In this document: piece after piece, positions 30,441 through 39,893 of the stretch
Layout of the letters: each line of letters opens with the position of its first letter
Numbering within the stretch: position 1 is the first letter of the stretch
Assembly (NCBI GenBank): GCA_964582465.1
Contig: CAZOQX010000003.1
Span: 1,115 to 65,114, forward strand
Origin: an uncultured Candidatus Saccharibacteria bacterium
GTDB lineage: Bacteria > Patescibacteriota > Saccharimonadia > UBA4664 > CAZOQX01
DNA: 64,000 nt
Direction: 5' to 3'
The notes under the pieces: generated by a model
The model's database searches: none
Seen by the model: the letters and a program-made list of their open reading frames with translations, nothing else
Told to the model about the DNA's origin: nothing
Program-made: the position numbers and the translations under genes

Positions 30441-31059
30441 GCGATCTTTTGTCCTTGGTTAGGTTAATTTTTGGTTGTTCAACTTTAGTAGAAGCAGCCG
30501 GAATTTGGGCCAGAATTTTGGGAATCTTGGCGAAATCCTCTAGTAGAGTCTGCTTCATCGTGTTGTTATAAAGGGCGACGGCCGGGTGATACAGGGGCAA
30601 ATAAACTTGAGCACCCTTGCGCTTGGGCTGGCCGTGAACCTGGCTAATTTTCAGGTCCGGCAAAAATAAATTCATGGCATGCCGACCGAGCAAAATGATT
30701 AACTTGGGCTGGATAATAGCGACCTGCTGTTCGAGAAAGGGCCAGCAATCACGGATTTCCTCCGGCAAGGGATCGCGATTCCCGGGCGGCCGGTACTTCA
30801 CCACATTGGTAATGTAAACGTCGTCGCGGCCCAGCCCTATAGTTTCAAGCATCTCTGTAAGCAAGCGGCCGGCAGCTCCCACAAACGGTCGTCCCTGCTT
30901 ATCCTCTTCTGCGCCCGGCGCCTCACCGACGAACACCAGCTCCGCGTCGGGATTTCCCTCTCCGGGTACAGCATTGGTGGCCGACTGGCAAAGGGCAGTA
31001 CACACTCTACAGCTTGCAATATCTTGGGCTACTTCGGCCAAAGCCTCAGTTTTACTCAT
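30430..31059 (-). CDS. Uracil-DNA glycosylase, family 4 (4Fe-4S)
   Basis: 209 aa. CRVC...C cluster ligands and the GEAPG...GRPFVGAAG family-4 motifs. Confidence 0.8.
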   Translation of the reverse strand: MSKTEALAEVAQDIASCRVCTALCQSATNAVPGEGNPDAELVFVGEAPGAEEDKQGRPFVGAAGRLLTEMLETIGLGRDDVYITNVVKYRPPGNRDPLPEEIRDCWPFLEQQVAIIQPKLIILLGRHAMNLFLPDLKISQVHGQPKRKGAQVYLPLYHPAVALYNNTMKQTLLEDFAKIPKILAQIPAASTKVEQPKINLTKDKRSHEA

Positions 31060-33172
31060 TAGGTTCGCGCGGGAGAATCGCTTTGCGGCTGAAATTCAGC
31101 CGACCCTGCGGATCAACTTCAGTCAATTTAACGTCAATCACGTCGCCCAGTTTTACTACGTCTGTGACTTTTTCGACTCGATTTTGAGCCAGCTGTGAGA
31201 TGTGCACCAGACCCGATAAACCGGTCGGAGTTTCAACAAAGGCACCAAAGTCCATAATGCGGGCGACCTTGGCGCGGTAAACCTTCCCTACCTCAGGATC
31301 TTCCGTAATGTCCTTGATCCAATCGATGGCCTTGCGCGAGGCTTCGGCGTCTGTCGAGGCAATCATCACCAGACCAGTATCTTCGATATCGATCTGCACG
31401 CCAGTTTCAGCAATGATCTTATTAATCATTTCGCCGCCCTTACCGATCACATCTTTAATCTTTTCTGGGCGAATCATTAGCTTCGAAATACGCGGGGCAT
31501 GAGCTGCCACTTCGGCCCGCGGTTTATCAAGGACGGCAAGCATTTTATCGAGAATGTACTTTCGCCCCTCCTTGGCCTGAGCCAAGGCCTGACGCATAAT
31601 GTCGGGCGTGATACCCTTTACTTTAATGTCCATTTGCAGCGCCGTGATACCGAGCTCGGTACCTGCGACTTTAAAGTCCATGTCGCCGGCAAAGTCCTCA
31701 GCACCCTGAATGTCAGATAGAATGACATGCTTCTTACCGTCCGTCACAAGTCCCATAGCAATACCAGAAACCGGCCGCGTTATCGGCACACCGGCGTCCA
31801 TTAGGCTAAGCGTCGAGCCGCAGACACTAGCCATTGAGGTTGAACCATTCGAGCTCAAAATTTCCGTGACAACTCGAATCGTATAAGGAAATTCCTCGAC
31901 TGGCGGGATGACAGTCACAAGCGCACGCTCGGCCAAAGCACCGTGACCAATTTCGCGGCGGCCAGGGCTACGCATAGGGCGCACTTCCCCTACCGAATAG
32001 GGTGGGAAATTGTAATGGTGCATGTAGCGCTTAGAGGTATCTTCTTCCATGGTATCAATCAACTGAGCGTAGCTAGTTGAGGCGAGCGTCGTGATCGTAA
32101 GCGCTTGGGTGCTGCCGCGAGTGAACAGGGCTGACCCATGGGCACGCGGCAAAAGGCCAACGTCAGCACTAATCGGCCGGATCTCACTTGGCTTGCGGCC
32201 GTCGGGCCTGGCATCGTCTTCCAGGATTGCGCGACGAATATCAGCGTCAATCACCTTGGTGAAGGCCTCACGCACTGGCACCTCATCGTCGTCCTGCTGG
32301 ACGAACTTCGCCACCACGTCACTCTCAAGATTTCTAATGGCGTCGTGACGCAAATATTGATTCTCGTGCCGAATTGCCGCACCAAGACGGCCTTTCAGGA
32401 AGGCTTCGATTTTTTCAACTAGCGGCTTTTCGGGTACGTGCAGGTCAAATTCTTTAGGAGTAACACCAATTTCCTTGGCAATGCGCAGCTGTAGTTCGAT
32501 TACCGGTTGAATCGATTTATGCGCCAGTTCAATCGCTGCAATCATCGTAGCCTCATCAACTTCGTTCGCGCCAGCTTCCACCATCATGATGGCATCTTTG
32601 GTGCCAGCCACGGTCAAATCCAGTTTGCTTGCGAGCATCTCAGCCGTAGTCGGATAAGCCACCAGCTCACCATTAGCCTCGCCGATCTGTACACCAGCTA
32701 CTGGACCCTCAAACGGCGCGCCAGAGAGCATCAGGGCCGAGGAGACGGCAATCATGCCAATGATGTCGGCGCTATAAACCAGGTCGGCCGACAGTACTGT
32801 CGCAATACCTTGCACGTCATTCCGAAATCCCTTGGGGAAGAGTGGTCGGATTGGTCGATCAATTAAGCGGGCGGCTAGCGTAGCGTTTTCGCTGGCACGA
32901 CCCTCCCTTTTAATAAATCGGCTACCAGAAATTTTACCGCTTGCATACATCCGCTCCTCGTAATCGATTAAGAGTGGAAAAAAATCAATATCGGGACGCG
33001 GCGACCGGCTAACCACTGCCGTTCCCAGTACGATCGTGTCGCCATAACGCACCAGCACCGCTCCGTCGGCCAAAAAAGCCGCGCGGCCGGTCTCGATGGT
33101 GAGTTTGCGGCCACAAAATTCGGTCTCAAACTGCACTGTTTTACCACCAAAAGGGTGGATGATGTCTGACAT
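31052..33172 (-). CDS. pnp: Polynucleotide phosphorylase
   Basis: 706 aa. Two RNase PH domains plus KH and S1 domains. Confidence 0.95.
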   Translation of the reverse strand: MSDIIHPFGGKTVQFETEFCGRKLTIETGRAAFLADGAVLVRYGDTIVLGTAVVSRSPRPDIDFFPLLIDYEERMYASGKISGSRFIKREGRASENATLAARLIDRPIRPLFPKGFRNDVQGIATVLSADLVYSADIIGMIAVSSALMLSGAPFEGPVAGVQIGEANGELVAYPTTAEMLASKLDLTVAGTKDAIMMVEAGANEVDEATMIAAIELAHKSIQPVIELQLRIAKEIGVTPKEFDLHVPEKPLVEKIEAFLKGRLGAAIRHENQYLRHDAIRNLESDVVAKFVQQDDDEVPVREAFTKVIDADIRRAILEDDARPDGRKPSEIRPISADVGLLPRAHGSALFTRGSTQALTITTLASTSYAQLIDTMEEDTSKRYMHHYNFPPYSVGEVRPMRSPGRREIGHGALAERALVTVIPPVEEFPYTIRVVTEILSSNGSTSMASVCGSTLSLMDAGVPITRPVSGIAMGLVTDGKKHVILSDIQGAEDFAGDMDFKVAGTELGITALQMDIKVKGITPDIMRQALAQAKEGRKYILDKMLAVLDKPRAEVAAHAPRISKLMIRPEKIKDVIGKGGEMINKIIAETGVQIDIEDTGLVMIASTDAEASRKAIDWIKDITEDPEVGKVYRAKVARIMDFGAFVETPTGLSGLVHISQLAQNRVEKVTDVVKLGDVIDVKLTEVDPQGRLNFSRKAILPREPNE

Positions 33173-33284
33173 ATGTCTCCTACTTCCAGGTAAGTGTCGG
33201 GGCTATTCGATTAAAACTTAATCGGGCAGCTCCACCACTTACCCCGTTATTTAGTTGTTTAACCTACATTATCGGTTTCTAGCA

Positions 33285-33551
33285 CTATCGCCTCAAATCG
33301 AGCTTCTTAATAATGGCATTATAGCGCTCGGGCTCGGTCTTACTCAAGTAATCGAGCAGGCGGCGGCGTTTGCTCACCATCATGAGGAGTCCGCGGCGGG
33401 AGTGATTATCTTTTTTGTGAGTCTGCAAATGACCCGTCAGCTGACGAATTTTCTCGGTAAAAATACCGACCTGGACCTCTGGAGAACCAGTGTCCTTCTT
33501 GTGAGTCGCAAGCGTCCCAATAATTTTAGATTTTGTCTCAGTGTCTAACAT
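33285..33551 (-). CDS. rpsO: 30S ribosomal protein S15
   Basis: 88 aa. GSPEVQV...LTGHL...[12 protein letters not shown] signature. Upstream of pnp as usual. Confidence 0.9.
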   Translation of the reverse strand: MLDTETKSKIIGTLATHKKDTGSPEVQVGIFTEKIRQLTGHLQTHKKDNHSRRGLLMMVSKRRRLLDYLSKTEPERYNAIIKKLDLRR

Positions 33552-33593
33552 CAGCTTGGGGTATGTTATCAGATCAAAATCGATTTTACAAGA

Positions 33594-34250
33594 TTAGACA
33601 AGCAAAAAGTCCGGATGAGCCTGAATGGCACTTAAGGCGGCAGCAGATTCGAGTTTAATATCCCCAATCGAAGTCCGGACAAGCCCACTCAAATAGGCTC
33701 CGGCGCTGAGTTTTTCGCCCAGATCACGGGCCAAACTCCGGATGTAAGTGCCACTGGACACCCGCACTACGAACCTCACCTTCGGATAGATGTAGCCAAG
33801 TAATTTGGCCGAGTGAATAGTGACTTCTCTCGGTTCAATTGTCACATCCTGACCGGCTCGGGCAGACTTGTAAGCGCGCCGGCCTCCCACTTTGATAGCC
33901 GAAAACTGCGGTGGGGTTTGCGTAATCCGGCCAACGAACGAATACAAGGCTTGCTCAATTTCCTTCTTAGTTGGTTGGGCCGTTGAAACTGCAGTCTTTT
34001 CGCCCTCGTTATCGTCCGTTGTGCTCGTTTCGCCCAACGTAATTTCCGCCACATAGGTTTTATCGAGTTTGGAAAATTCGGCGGCCCGTTTGGTAGCGGC
34101 ACCAAAGAGCATGATCATCAGTCCCGACGCCAGGGGATCAAGTGTGCCGGCGTGACCAATTTTGCGCTCTCCGGTTACCCTTCTAAGCTCACGAACGCAA
34201 TCAAACGAGCTGATGCCCACCGGTTTATCAATTAAAAGAACGCCGTTCAT
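33594..34250 (-). CDS. truB: tRNA pseudouridine(55) synthase TruB
   Basis: 218 aa. GHAGTLDPLASG catalytic motif. Confidence 0.9.
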   Translation of the reverse strand: MNGVLLIDKPVGISSFDCVRELRRVTGERKIGHAGTLDPLASGLMIMLFGAATKRAAEFSKLDKTYVAEITLGETSTTDDNEGEKTAVSTAQPTKKEIEQALYSFVGRITQTPPQFSAIKVGGRRAYKSARAGQDVTIEPREVTIHSAKLLGYIYPKVRFVVRVSSGTYIRSLARDLGEKLSAGAYLSGLVRTSIGDIKLESAAALSAIQAHPDFLLV

Positions 34251-35257
34251 TTGTTGGTGTCACTGGATCCGCCTGTCTCTTTGTCAGACTCTTGTTCTGG
34301 CCTAGCCTTGGTCTCGGGTTTAGGCTGCTCGCTCCTTGTGTCGCGGCGCTTATCCCGTGAGTCACGCTTCCCTCTGTCGTGGCGGCGTTCGCGGTCGTGA
34401 TCTCCGCCGCTACGATACAGGTTTTGAATTACTGTTTGTTGCTTGGCGCCGGCAGCGATCATTTGCGCTGCCACGGTGAGGGCTTTCGCCGATGTGTGCG
34501 TGGCGGTAAAACGATCCGTGCTGGCGACAATTCCAGTTAAGAGCACGGTTGCGATCGGCTCATCAATCACGCCCTGCTGCAAAGATTCGGCAATTGAAAC
34601 CAAAATCTCGCATAGGCTGGCAGCGTACGGATCAATCATGTTAACGCCGCCGTAATTATCGTTTGTGCGGTGAAAATCCAGGTTAATAATTGGTACTTCG
34701 GCGAGCTGGGGGTGGCTCGATACAACTTTGTCTACCCTAGCCTTCGTCGGCACGCCAAGCACGATGACCACATCAAAATTAGGCAAATCGGAACTGGCTA
34801 CTTCCGGTGCACTGACCGTCTCGACTTCCGCCGGCGCCTCGGCCGACACGTGGCGAAAGTGCACATCGCTTGCAGTTAATTTATCCGTGGGCGTGAGGAA
34901 AATACTCAGTTTGCCGTCGGTGACACTGTAACGTAGCTTGTCTACCTTGGCTTTTTCAATTTCAACCACTAAGTCGCCGCCTTCCGTTTTGGGGGCCGGC
35001 GCTGAAGCAGGTTTAGCTACCTTAGTCTCGCCAAAACCGCTTGTAAGCTGATCAACGGGCAGAAAGCTAACCGACTTTGGCAGCTGGTCCGAGATCACGC
35101 CATACACCTTCTTGCCCAATTTCTTCAAAATTAAAGTGAGCCCTAGGACTGCCGCGACCTGATCGACGCTAGGAAATTGCCCGCTCGTAATAAGTATGGT
35201 TTCAGCTTCGCCAATAGCCTGCGAGGCTTGTTGTTTAGGTGTTAAATCTGAATTCAT
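34247..35257 (-). CDS. DHH-family phosphoesterase-like protein (NrnA-like), with charged disordered C-terminal tail
   Basis: 336 aa. The N-terminal ILITSGQFPSVDQVAAVLGL... region resembles NrnA/DHH. The C-terminal ~60 aa are R/D/K/E-rich. Its position after truB matches the common truB-nrnA arrangement. Catalytic motifs are not clearly intact. Confidence 0.4.
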   Translation of the reverse strand: MNSDLTPKQQASQAIGEAETILITSGQFPSVDQVAAVLGLTLILKKLGKKVYGVISDQLPKSVSFLPVDQLTSGFGETKVAKPASAPAPKTEGGDLVVEIEKAKVDKLRYSVTDGKLSIFLTPTDKLTASDVHFRHVSAEAPAEVETVSAPEVASSDLPNFDVVIVLGVPTKARVDKVVSSHPQLAEVPIINLDFHRTNDNYGGVNMIDPYAASLCEILVSIAESLQQGVIDEPIATVLLTGIVASTDRFTATHTSAKALTVAAQMIAAGAKQQTVIQNLYRSGGDHDRERRHDRGKRDSRDKRRDTRSEQPKPETKARPEQESDKETGGSSDTNK

Positions 35258-35400
35258 AACTTCATTATACCTTCGGATAAGAGTAGTTGGCGTAAAAGTT
35301 GTCTCCTATCATACCATAAGAATAATATTCAGTCAAGAGCAGTAGAAAGAACCTCCGAGGGGCCGCGGCTAGCAGCCCCCCGGAACATGCGATTCGATCG

Positions 35401-35679
35401 CTAGGTGAGTGGGTTGGGTTTCTCGAAGTTAACTCCCTTCGCGGCCCCCACCGAAAAGATGGCCACCCAGAGAAGGCCAAGCGCCAGGGCTGCGATGCCG
35501 ACCCACTTGGGGCCCCAGCCGAAGGTGGCGGCCACAACCCCAGCGACCATCAGAATCGTCAACCACGTGAACCAGCGGCGCCAGCGGCGATCGCGCTCCT
35601 CGTTTCGCCCCATCTCGTCATAGATCTTCCCGTTCAGCATGGCCTCCCCCTTCGAAAGCGTCGATACGAGTAGCATCAT
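35401..35679 (-). CDS. Small two-TM membrane protein in a GC-rich block (hypothetical)
   Basis: 92 aa (probably shorter, from MLNGKIYDE...). Two hydrophobic helices. Local GC is high by eye. Confidence 0.4.
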   Translation of the reverse strand: MMLLVSTLSKGEAMLNGKIYDEMGRNEERDRRWRRWFTWLTILMVAGVVAATFGWGPKWVGIAALALGLLWVAIFSVGAAKGVNFEKPNPLT

Positions 35680-35742
35680 TCTACACCTTTACAGCCAAGT
35701 TGAAATCCGTTATAGTCAATCTTCGATAATCCGAGGTTCGAA

Positions 35743-36153
35743 GTGCCCATTATAAAATCCGCTATCAAGCGCGCTCGCCAGCAAGTTAAACGCCGCGAGC
35801 ATAATGTTGAGATCAAGAAGGCCATCAAGCTAGATGTGAAGGCCTTGGCGGCGGCTGTGGAGAGCAAAAATAGCGCCAAAGTGACCGAAACCTTGCGGGC
35901 AACGATCTCAGAAATTGATCGCGCTGCCAAAAAAGGACTAATCCACAAGAATACGGCCAGCCGACGCAAGTCCCGCCTGACCTTACTCGCAAATCAAGTC
36001 GCAAAACCGACCCGTTCAGCCAAGAGCAAGCCGACTAAGCCCGCTGCAAAAGCTGTCGCCAAAACCACTCCTAAAACCACCCCTCAAAAGACCACTGCAA
36101 AGCCTAAGGCCACAGCCAAGGCCAAGCCCAAAGCCAGTGGCCAGGCCAAGTAA
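35743..36153 (+). CDS. rpsT: 30S ribosomal protein S20 with long Lys/Ala/Thr-rich C-terminal extension
   Basis: MPIIKSAIKRARQ S20 N-terminus. ~50 aa basic low-complexity tail (AKPTRSAKSKPTKPAAKAVAKTTPK...). Confidence 0.85.
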   Translation: MPIIKSAIKRARQQVKRREHNVEIKKAIKLDVKALAAAVESKNSAKVTETLRATISEIDRAAKKGLIHKNTASRRKSRLTLLANQVAKPTRSAKSKPTKPAAKAVAKTTPKTTPQKTTAKPKATAKAKPKASGQAK

Positions 36154-36339
36154 GCCCGAAGATACCCCCAGCGGGCGTTATTTGCAGCTCTGCCAAGAGC
36201 TAATCGACCGTGTCGGTGCAATGCGTAATTTTGGCATGCGGAAGCACGATGTGTGGCTGGCCAAGGGCGAACTAAATCGAATCGTCGAGCTGACGGGCGA
36301 GCTACAAGCCCTCCTCGAAGAAATCAAAACGACCGACAC

Positions 36340-37275
36340 CTAGGCCGTTATGCCAGTCGCAATCTTATTAATCAGCTGCTCTACCAGTAAACTCGGCTCA
36401 CCCTGCCCGGTTTTGATAGCGTAATTCGTTTGTAGCGCCGCCAAAAAGGCCTGTCTAAGCACGGCCTCATTAATACTTTCCTGTCTGGACAGCGCCTTCG
36501 CCGCCACGTACGGTGACATGCCGGCTGATTTCGCGAGTTCACCAGGAGATATGCGGCCAGCGGCCTTAGCGAGAATCAAGTTCCTAAGCTGCCACGTCAC
36601 CATGCTTAAAACATAAATTTCTTCCGTGCGCTCGGCGAGCAGGCGCCGGTAAAGTTGCAGTGCCTCCCCCACCTTGCCGTTCGTCATCGCGTCCACCAGG
36701 TCAAAAATAGTTTGTTGAAAACCCGGCTCCACCATTTGCCGCACCGCGTCTACAGTAATCACGTTTTGGAAGTTAACCAATTTTAAAATCTCTTGGTGCA
36801 GGCGCCACTGATCATCCCCCGCCCGCTCAATTAGTTGGTCTACGGCCGCGGGCTCGATCTCACCACCTAAGCGCCTAGCCTCATCAGTCACCCATTTCTT
36901 CAAATGCGAGCCCGCCAAAAGTTCAAATTTGAAGGTTTGAGCCCGTTTTTTTAAATCCTTGAAGTAAATCGTCCGCTCGTCCACGGCTCGCTCAAAGAAT
37001 AAGGCCACGGTCGAATCGGGAATCTTATCGAGCAAGTTCAAAGCTTCCTTGGCTACATTCTTATTTACCCCCAGGTTCTCGATGATCACAAGGCGGCTAC
37101 CGGCCAGGAATGGCACGGCTTGCAGGGCCGACTCCAAACTTTTAAGATCAATTGTTTCGCCATTTATCCGTTCGATGCCAAAGTCGTTGCCGTTTTTCTT
37201 AATATATTGATCGACCAATTCACCGACTTTGCGGCGACCAGCAAAAATATTCGGCCCATAGAAAAATAGGATCAT
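36340..37275 (-). CDS. holA: DNA polymerase III subunit delta
   Basis: 311 aa. MILFFYGPN...N-terminus and helical C-terminal domains typical of HolA. Confidence 0.8.
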   Translation of the reverse strand: MILFFYGPNIFAGRRKVGELVDQYIKKNGNDFGIERINGETIDLKSLESALQAVPFLAGSRLVIIENLGVNKNVAKEALNLLDKIPDSTVALFFERAVDERTIYFKDLKKRAQTFKFELLAGSHLKKWVTDEARRLGGEIEPAAVDQLIERAGDDQWRLHQEILKLVNFQNVITVDAVRQMVEPGFQQTIFDLVDAMTNGKVGEALQLYRRLLAERTEEIYVLSMVTWQLRNLILAKAAGRISPGELAKSAGMSPYVAAKALSRQESINEAVLRQAFLAALQTNYAIKTGQGEPSLLVEQLINKIATGITA

Positions 37276-37820
37276 TGCGAATTATCCAAAAGTTTAATTA
37301 CCTCGGCATTGGGAATAACGTCTAGCCTAACGATGTCAGAAGCAGGCAATCCTCTGCTCGTAATCTGCATCATGCGGCCAATTCCATTACTCGACACCAC
37401 CAGTACACTTCTTTTTTTGTGCTTAAGCTTTTCGACCATCCTGATAGCTCTTTCATAAAGCTGAGATCGAGTTTCAATTCCAGGGACATTGTCGGGGGCG
37501 CCAGCAAGGCTCTTGGCTTGCTGCAATAAATCCAACGATCTACCCGTTAGCTCACCCATGTTGCGCTCTTTCAACTCATCGTCTAGTTCAATTTTATCCA
37601 TGGGGTAACCAATCACTTCAGCTACTACCTCAGCTGTTTGCCGAACGCGCTTGGAGGGCGCCGAAATAATCTTGTCTATCTTCAATCCGCGAGCCTTTTC
37701 ACCAGCCTGACGGGCCTGTTCGAATCCAAGCTCAGTCAATTCATCGTTGAGCTCACCTTGGCCCACGATTACTCGTTTTAAATTCCCTAAGCTTTGGCCA
37801 TGTCGCAAAAAGTAGATCAT
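37272..37820 (-). CDS. Histidine phosphatase family protein (phosphoglycerate mutase-like)
   Basis: 182 aa. MIYFLRHGQSLGN RHG catalytic motif. Confidence 0.75.
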   Translation of the reverse strand: MIYFLRHGQSLGNLKRVIVGQGELNDELTELGFEQARQAGEKARGLKIDKIISAPSKRVRQTAEVVAEVIGYPMDKIELDDELKERNMGELTGRSLDLLQQAKSLAGAPDNVPGIETRSQLYERAIRMVEKLKHKKRSVLVVSSNGIGRMMQITSRGLPASDIVRLDVIPNAEVIKLLDNSQ

Positions 37821-37903
37821 TGCTTTAGTTTAGCAGCCCGAGACTTCAAAATTTGAGGGCTCAGGCCGGAGCGCTCTCGCGTCCGGGTCGAACACGTGAA
37901 CGC

Positions 37904-38287
37904 TCATGCAGGGAATGGTTCGGGCTCCGGGGCTGGATCCAGGAACACGAACTTCGCGATGTCGGAAAGGGCGAAGTAGTAGGTGTCACCGGAGCACTTG
38001 ATGCACCACACGGCCTCGGCCTTCCTGCGATCGGGCAGAACACGCTCCTCGAATCTTCCACCCAGCTGGCCCACACGTGAGCGCGGTCCAGTGGAATCGG
38101 GCTCCATGAATTGATCACGGCTCTCCTGGAACCACGGCCGGTCCATGAAGAGCTCAACCCTAATTCGTAGGGAGCTTGAGAAGACCTCCCGGTGGAACTC
38201 GGCCAGGATCTTGGTCGTCGCCTCTTGGCCGGCTAGAGCAGCGTAGTAAGCCCGCACGGTCTGGAGGTACGTCTCGCCACTATCCAT
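37904..38287 (-). CDS. Hypothetical protein in a GC-rich insert (possibly NTF2/SnoaL-like)
   Basis: The track ORF runs to 38467 but overlaps the mutM 3' end. Internal ATG 38285-38287 is preceded by GGGAGGAAGAA. The protein MDSGETYLQTVRAYYAALAG... is weakly SnoaL-like. GC is clearly above the neighbouring genes. Confidence 0.4.
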   Translation of the reverse strand: MDSGETYLQTVRAYYAALAGQEATTKILAEFHREVFSSSLRIRVELFMDRPWFQESRDQFMEPDSTGPRSRVGQLGGRFEERVLPDRRKAEAVWCIKCSGDTYYFALSDIAKFVFLDPAPEPEPFPA

Positions 38288-38351
38288 TTCTTCCTCCCGC
38301 TCCAGGATAAGGTCATTCTCCGGCCTATTCAGGTTCGGCGCAAGCTTAAGG

Positions 38352-39224
38352 TTAATGCTTTTGGCAATGCGGGCAAAAATGAGTGCCGCGGCCGGCCACC
38401 CGGATTTTCTCGATTGGAGTGCCACAGACGGGGCAAGCCTGACCTTCACGGCGAAACACCCGCGCATTCTGCAAATAATTACCCCTCACGCCCAAGATAT
38501 TCACAAAGTTGGTAAAGCTTGTGCCACCATAATCGATGGCTTGGCGCAGTACTTCCCGAATGGAGCCGTGCAAGGCCTCTATTTCCTTTTTGGTGAGGGA
38601 GCCTGCAAGCCGTGCTGGATGAACCTTAGCCAGGTGCAGCGACTCATCGGCATAAATATTACCAATCCCCGAGACAGTCGATTGATCCAAAATCACGGCC
38701 TTTATAGGCGCCTTGGGGTGGCGTTTGATCTGCTGCAAAAAGCCTTCAAGGGTAAAATCGGCCGTTAGCGGCTCGGGACCTAGCCGGCTAATGAGCGCAT
38801 CGGCCGGCACTTCCTCGGCGTGTACCAGCTTCACCCAGCCAAACTTGCGCTGGTCGTTAAAAAAAAGTCGGTCGCCGGAAGCAAATTCAAAAATAACCCG
38901 TGTGCTCCTGTCGGGCAGCTCCCGCATCATGCTGTCGGTCGGATGGCCACCGGCAAACCGCTCACCCCGTCGGGGCTGAAAAACTAATTGGCCCGTCATT
39001 TTGAGGTGAACCATGAGGTTGTAGCCGTTTTCTAGTTCCAAAAATAACACTTTGGCCCGGCGGGCAATACCTTTAATCTTTTGCCCCAGCACAAATTGTT
39101 GCAGTTGTGCTGACGTAATTTGCAGGCTCTTCGCCCACGTTGTTTCCACCGATTTAATCATCTGCCCACGAATCAGCTGGTCCAACCCTAATCTGATCGT
39201 CTCAACCTCGGGCAGCTCAGGCAT
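38352..39224 (-). CDS. mutM: Formamidopyrimidine-DNA glycosylase
   Basis: 290 aa. MPELPEVET N-terminus with catalytic Pro2/Glu3. C-terminal zinc finger CPVC...CPHC. Confidence 0.9.
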   Translation of the reverse strand: MPELPEVETIRLGLDQLIRGQMIKSVETTWAKSLQITSAQLQQFVLGQKIKGIARRAKVLFLELENGYNLMVHLKMTGQLVFQPRRGERFAGGHPTDSMMRELPDRSTRVIFEFASGDRLFFNDQRKFGWVKLVHAEEVPADALISRLGPEPLTADFTLEGFLQQIKRHPKAPIKAVILDQSTVSGIGNIYADESLHLAKVHPARLAGSLTKKEIEALHGSIREVLRQAIDYGGTSFTNFVNILGVRGNYLQNARVFRREGQACPVCGTPIEKIRVAGRGTHFCPHCQKH

Positions 39225-39595
39225 TAAAGCTCCTCGACTTTTACAATGTGCTCTGCGGAGATAGGAGTTAAGGAGGCAACCTGAAATGTCCTAGGTAGGT
39301 CCGTTGAACGGAATAGAGGTTGGTCCAACTCTAAATGCAGCCGCACAACCTTTTCGTGCTTGGCTTTTACATGCGCCAGGACGTCAGCCAAAGTTTTTTC
39401 ATAAAGTGAGTCGGTCGGATCTGCCATAAACACCGCTACCATACCGGCCCAATGTTTGGGCGCTGGATCACGCGGCTTAATAAAACCCTGTTCTACTATT
39501 TTGGCATAATTTTCTGCCGTCGTCAGGTGATACAAAACCCCGGCTGGCTTATAAGGCACCCAAAAATTCCCATACTCTTCGGGGATGCTAGGCAC
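39224..39595 (-). CDS. DUF952-like small protein (ADP-ribosylation-fold superfamily), tentative
   Basis: 123 aa. LYHLTTAENYAKIVEQGFIKP... and ...VVRLHLELDQPLF resemble the DUF952 pattern (iYHi...W....GfiH ... lvlL.iD..L). Assignment by pattern memory only. Confidence 0.35.
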   Translation of the reverse strand: MPSIPEEYGNFWVPYKPAGVLYHLTTAENYAKIVEQGFIKPRDPAPKHWAGMVAVFMADPTDSLYEKTLADVLAHVKAKHEKVVRLHLELDQPLFRSTDLPRTFQVASLTPISAEHIVKVEEL

Positions 39596-39893
39596 TGGGC
39601 ATTACCTCATCAAACGGTTCGTCGAATTCTCCGCGAAAAATCAGCTCGCTTCCGGGATAGCTGCTCTCGCGTTCGGGATGTTCGGTATCGACTCGCCGTC
39701 TAGCTTCATCCCGCGCTCCTTTGCTCTCCCATCTCGCGATAGCCATAAAAGTTCCCGGCTCGGTCAAGGATCGATGTAATTTTGTGCCTTGGGCTCCAGG
39801 ATAGGATTGCAAAAATCGGCTGTTGCGTTTCCAATGCTCGACGAACTTCTCTTTTTCGCCTTCTGGCACACGCCAAACAAAAATACCTTTCAT
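39588..39893 (-). CDS. ABM (antibiotic biosynthesis monooxygenase)-like small protein, tentative
   Basis: 101 aa. FVWRVPEGEKEKFVEHWKRN...GTFMAIARWESKGARDEA resembles the ferredoxin-like ABM fold. Confidence 0.35.
   Translation of the reverse strand: MKGIFVWRVPEGEKEKFVEHWKRNSRFLQSYPGAQGTKLHRSLTEPGTFMAIARWESKGARDEARRRVDTEHPERESSYPGSELIFRGEFDEPFDEVMPSA

Noticed and set aside
36137-36343. 68-aa plus-strand ORF between rpsT and holA
   Set aside because: Its start overlaps the rpsT C-terminal tail and there is no SD. Possibly real, but the evidence is insufficient. May simply be the rpsT 3' UTR.
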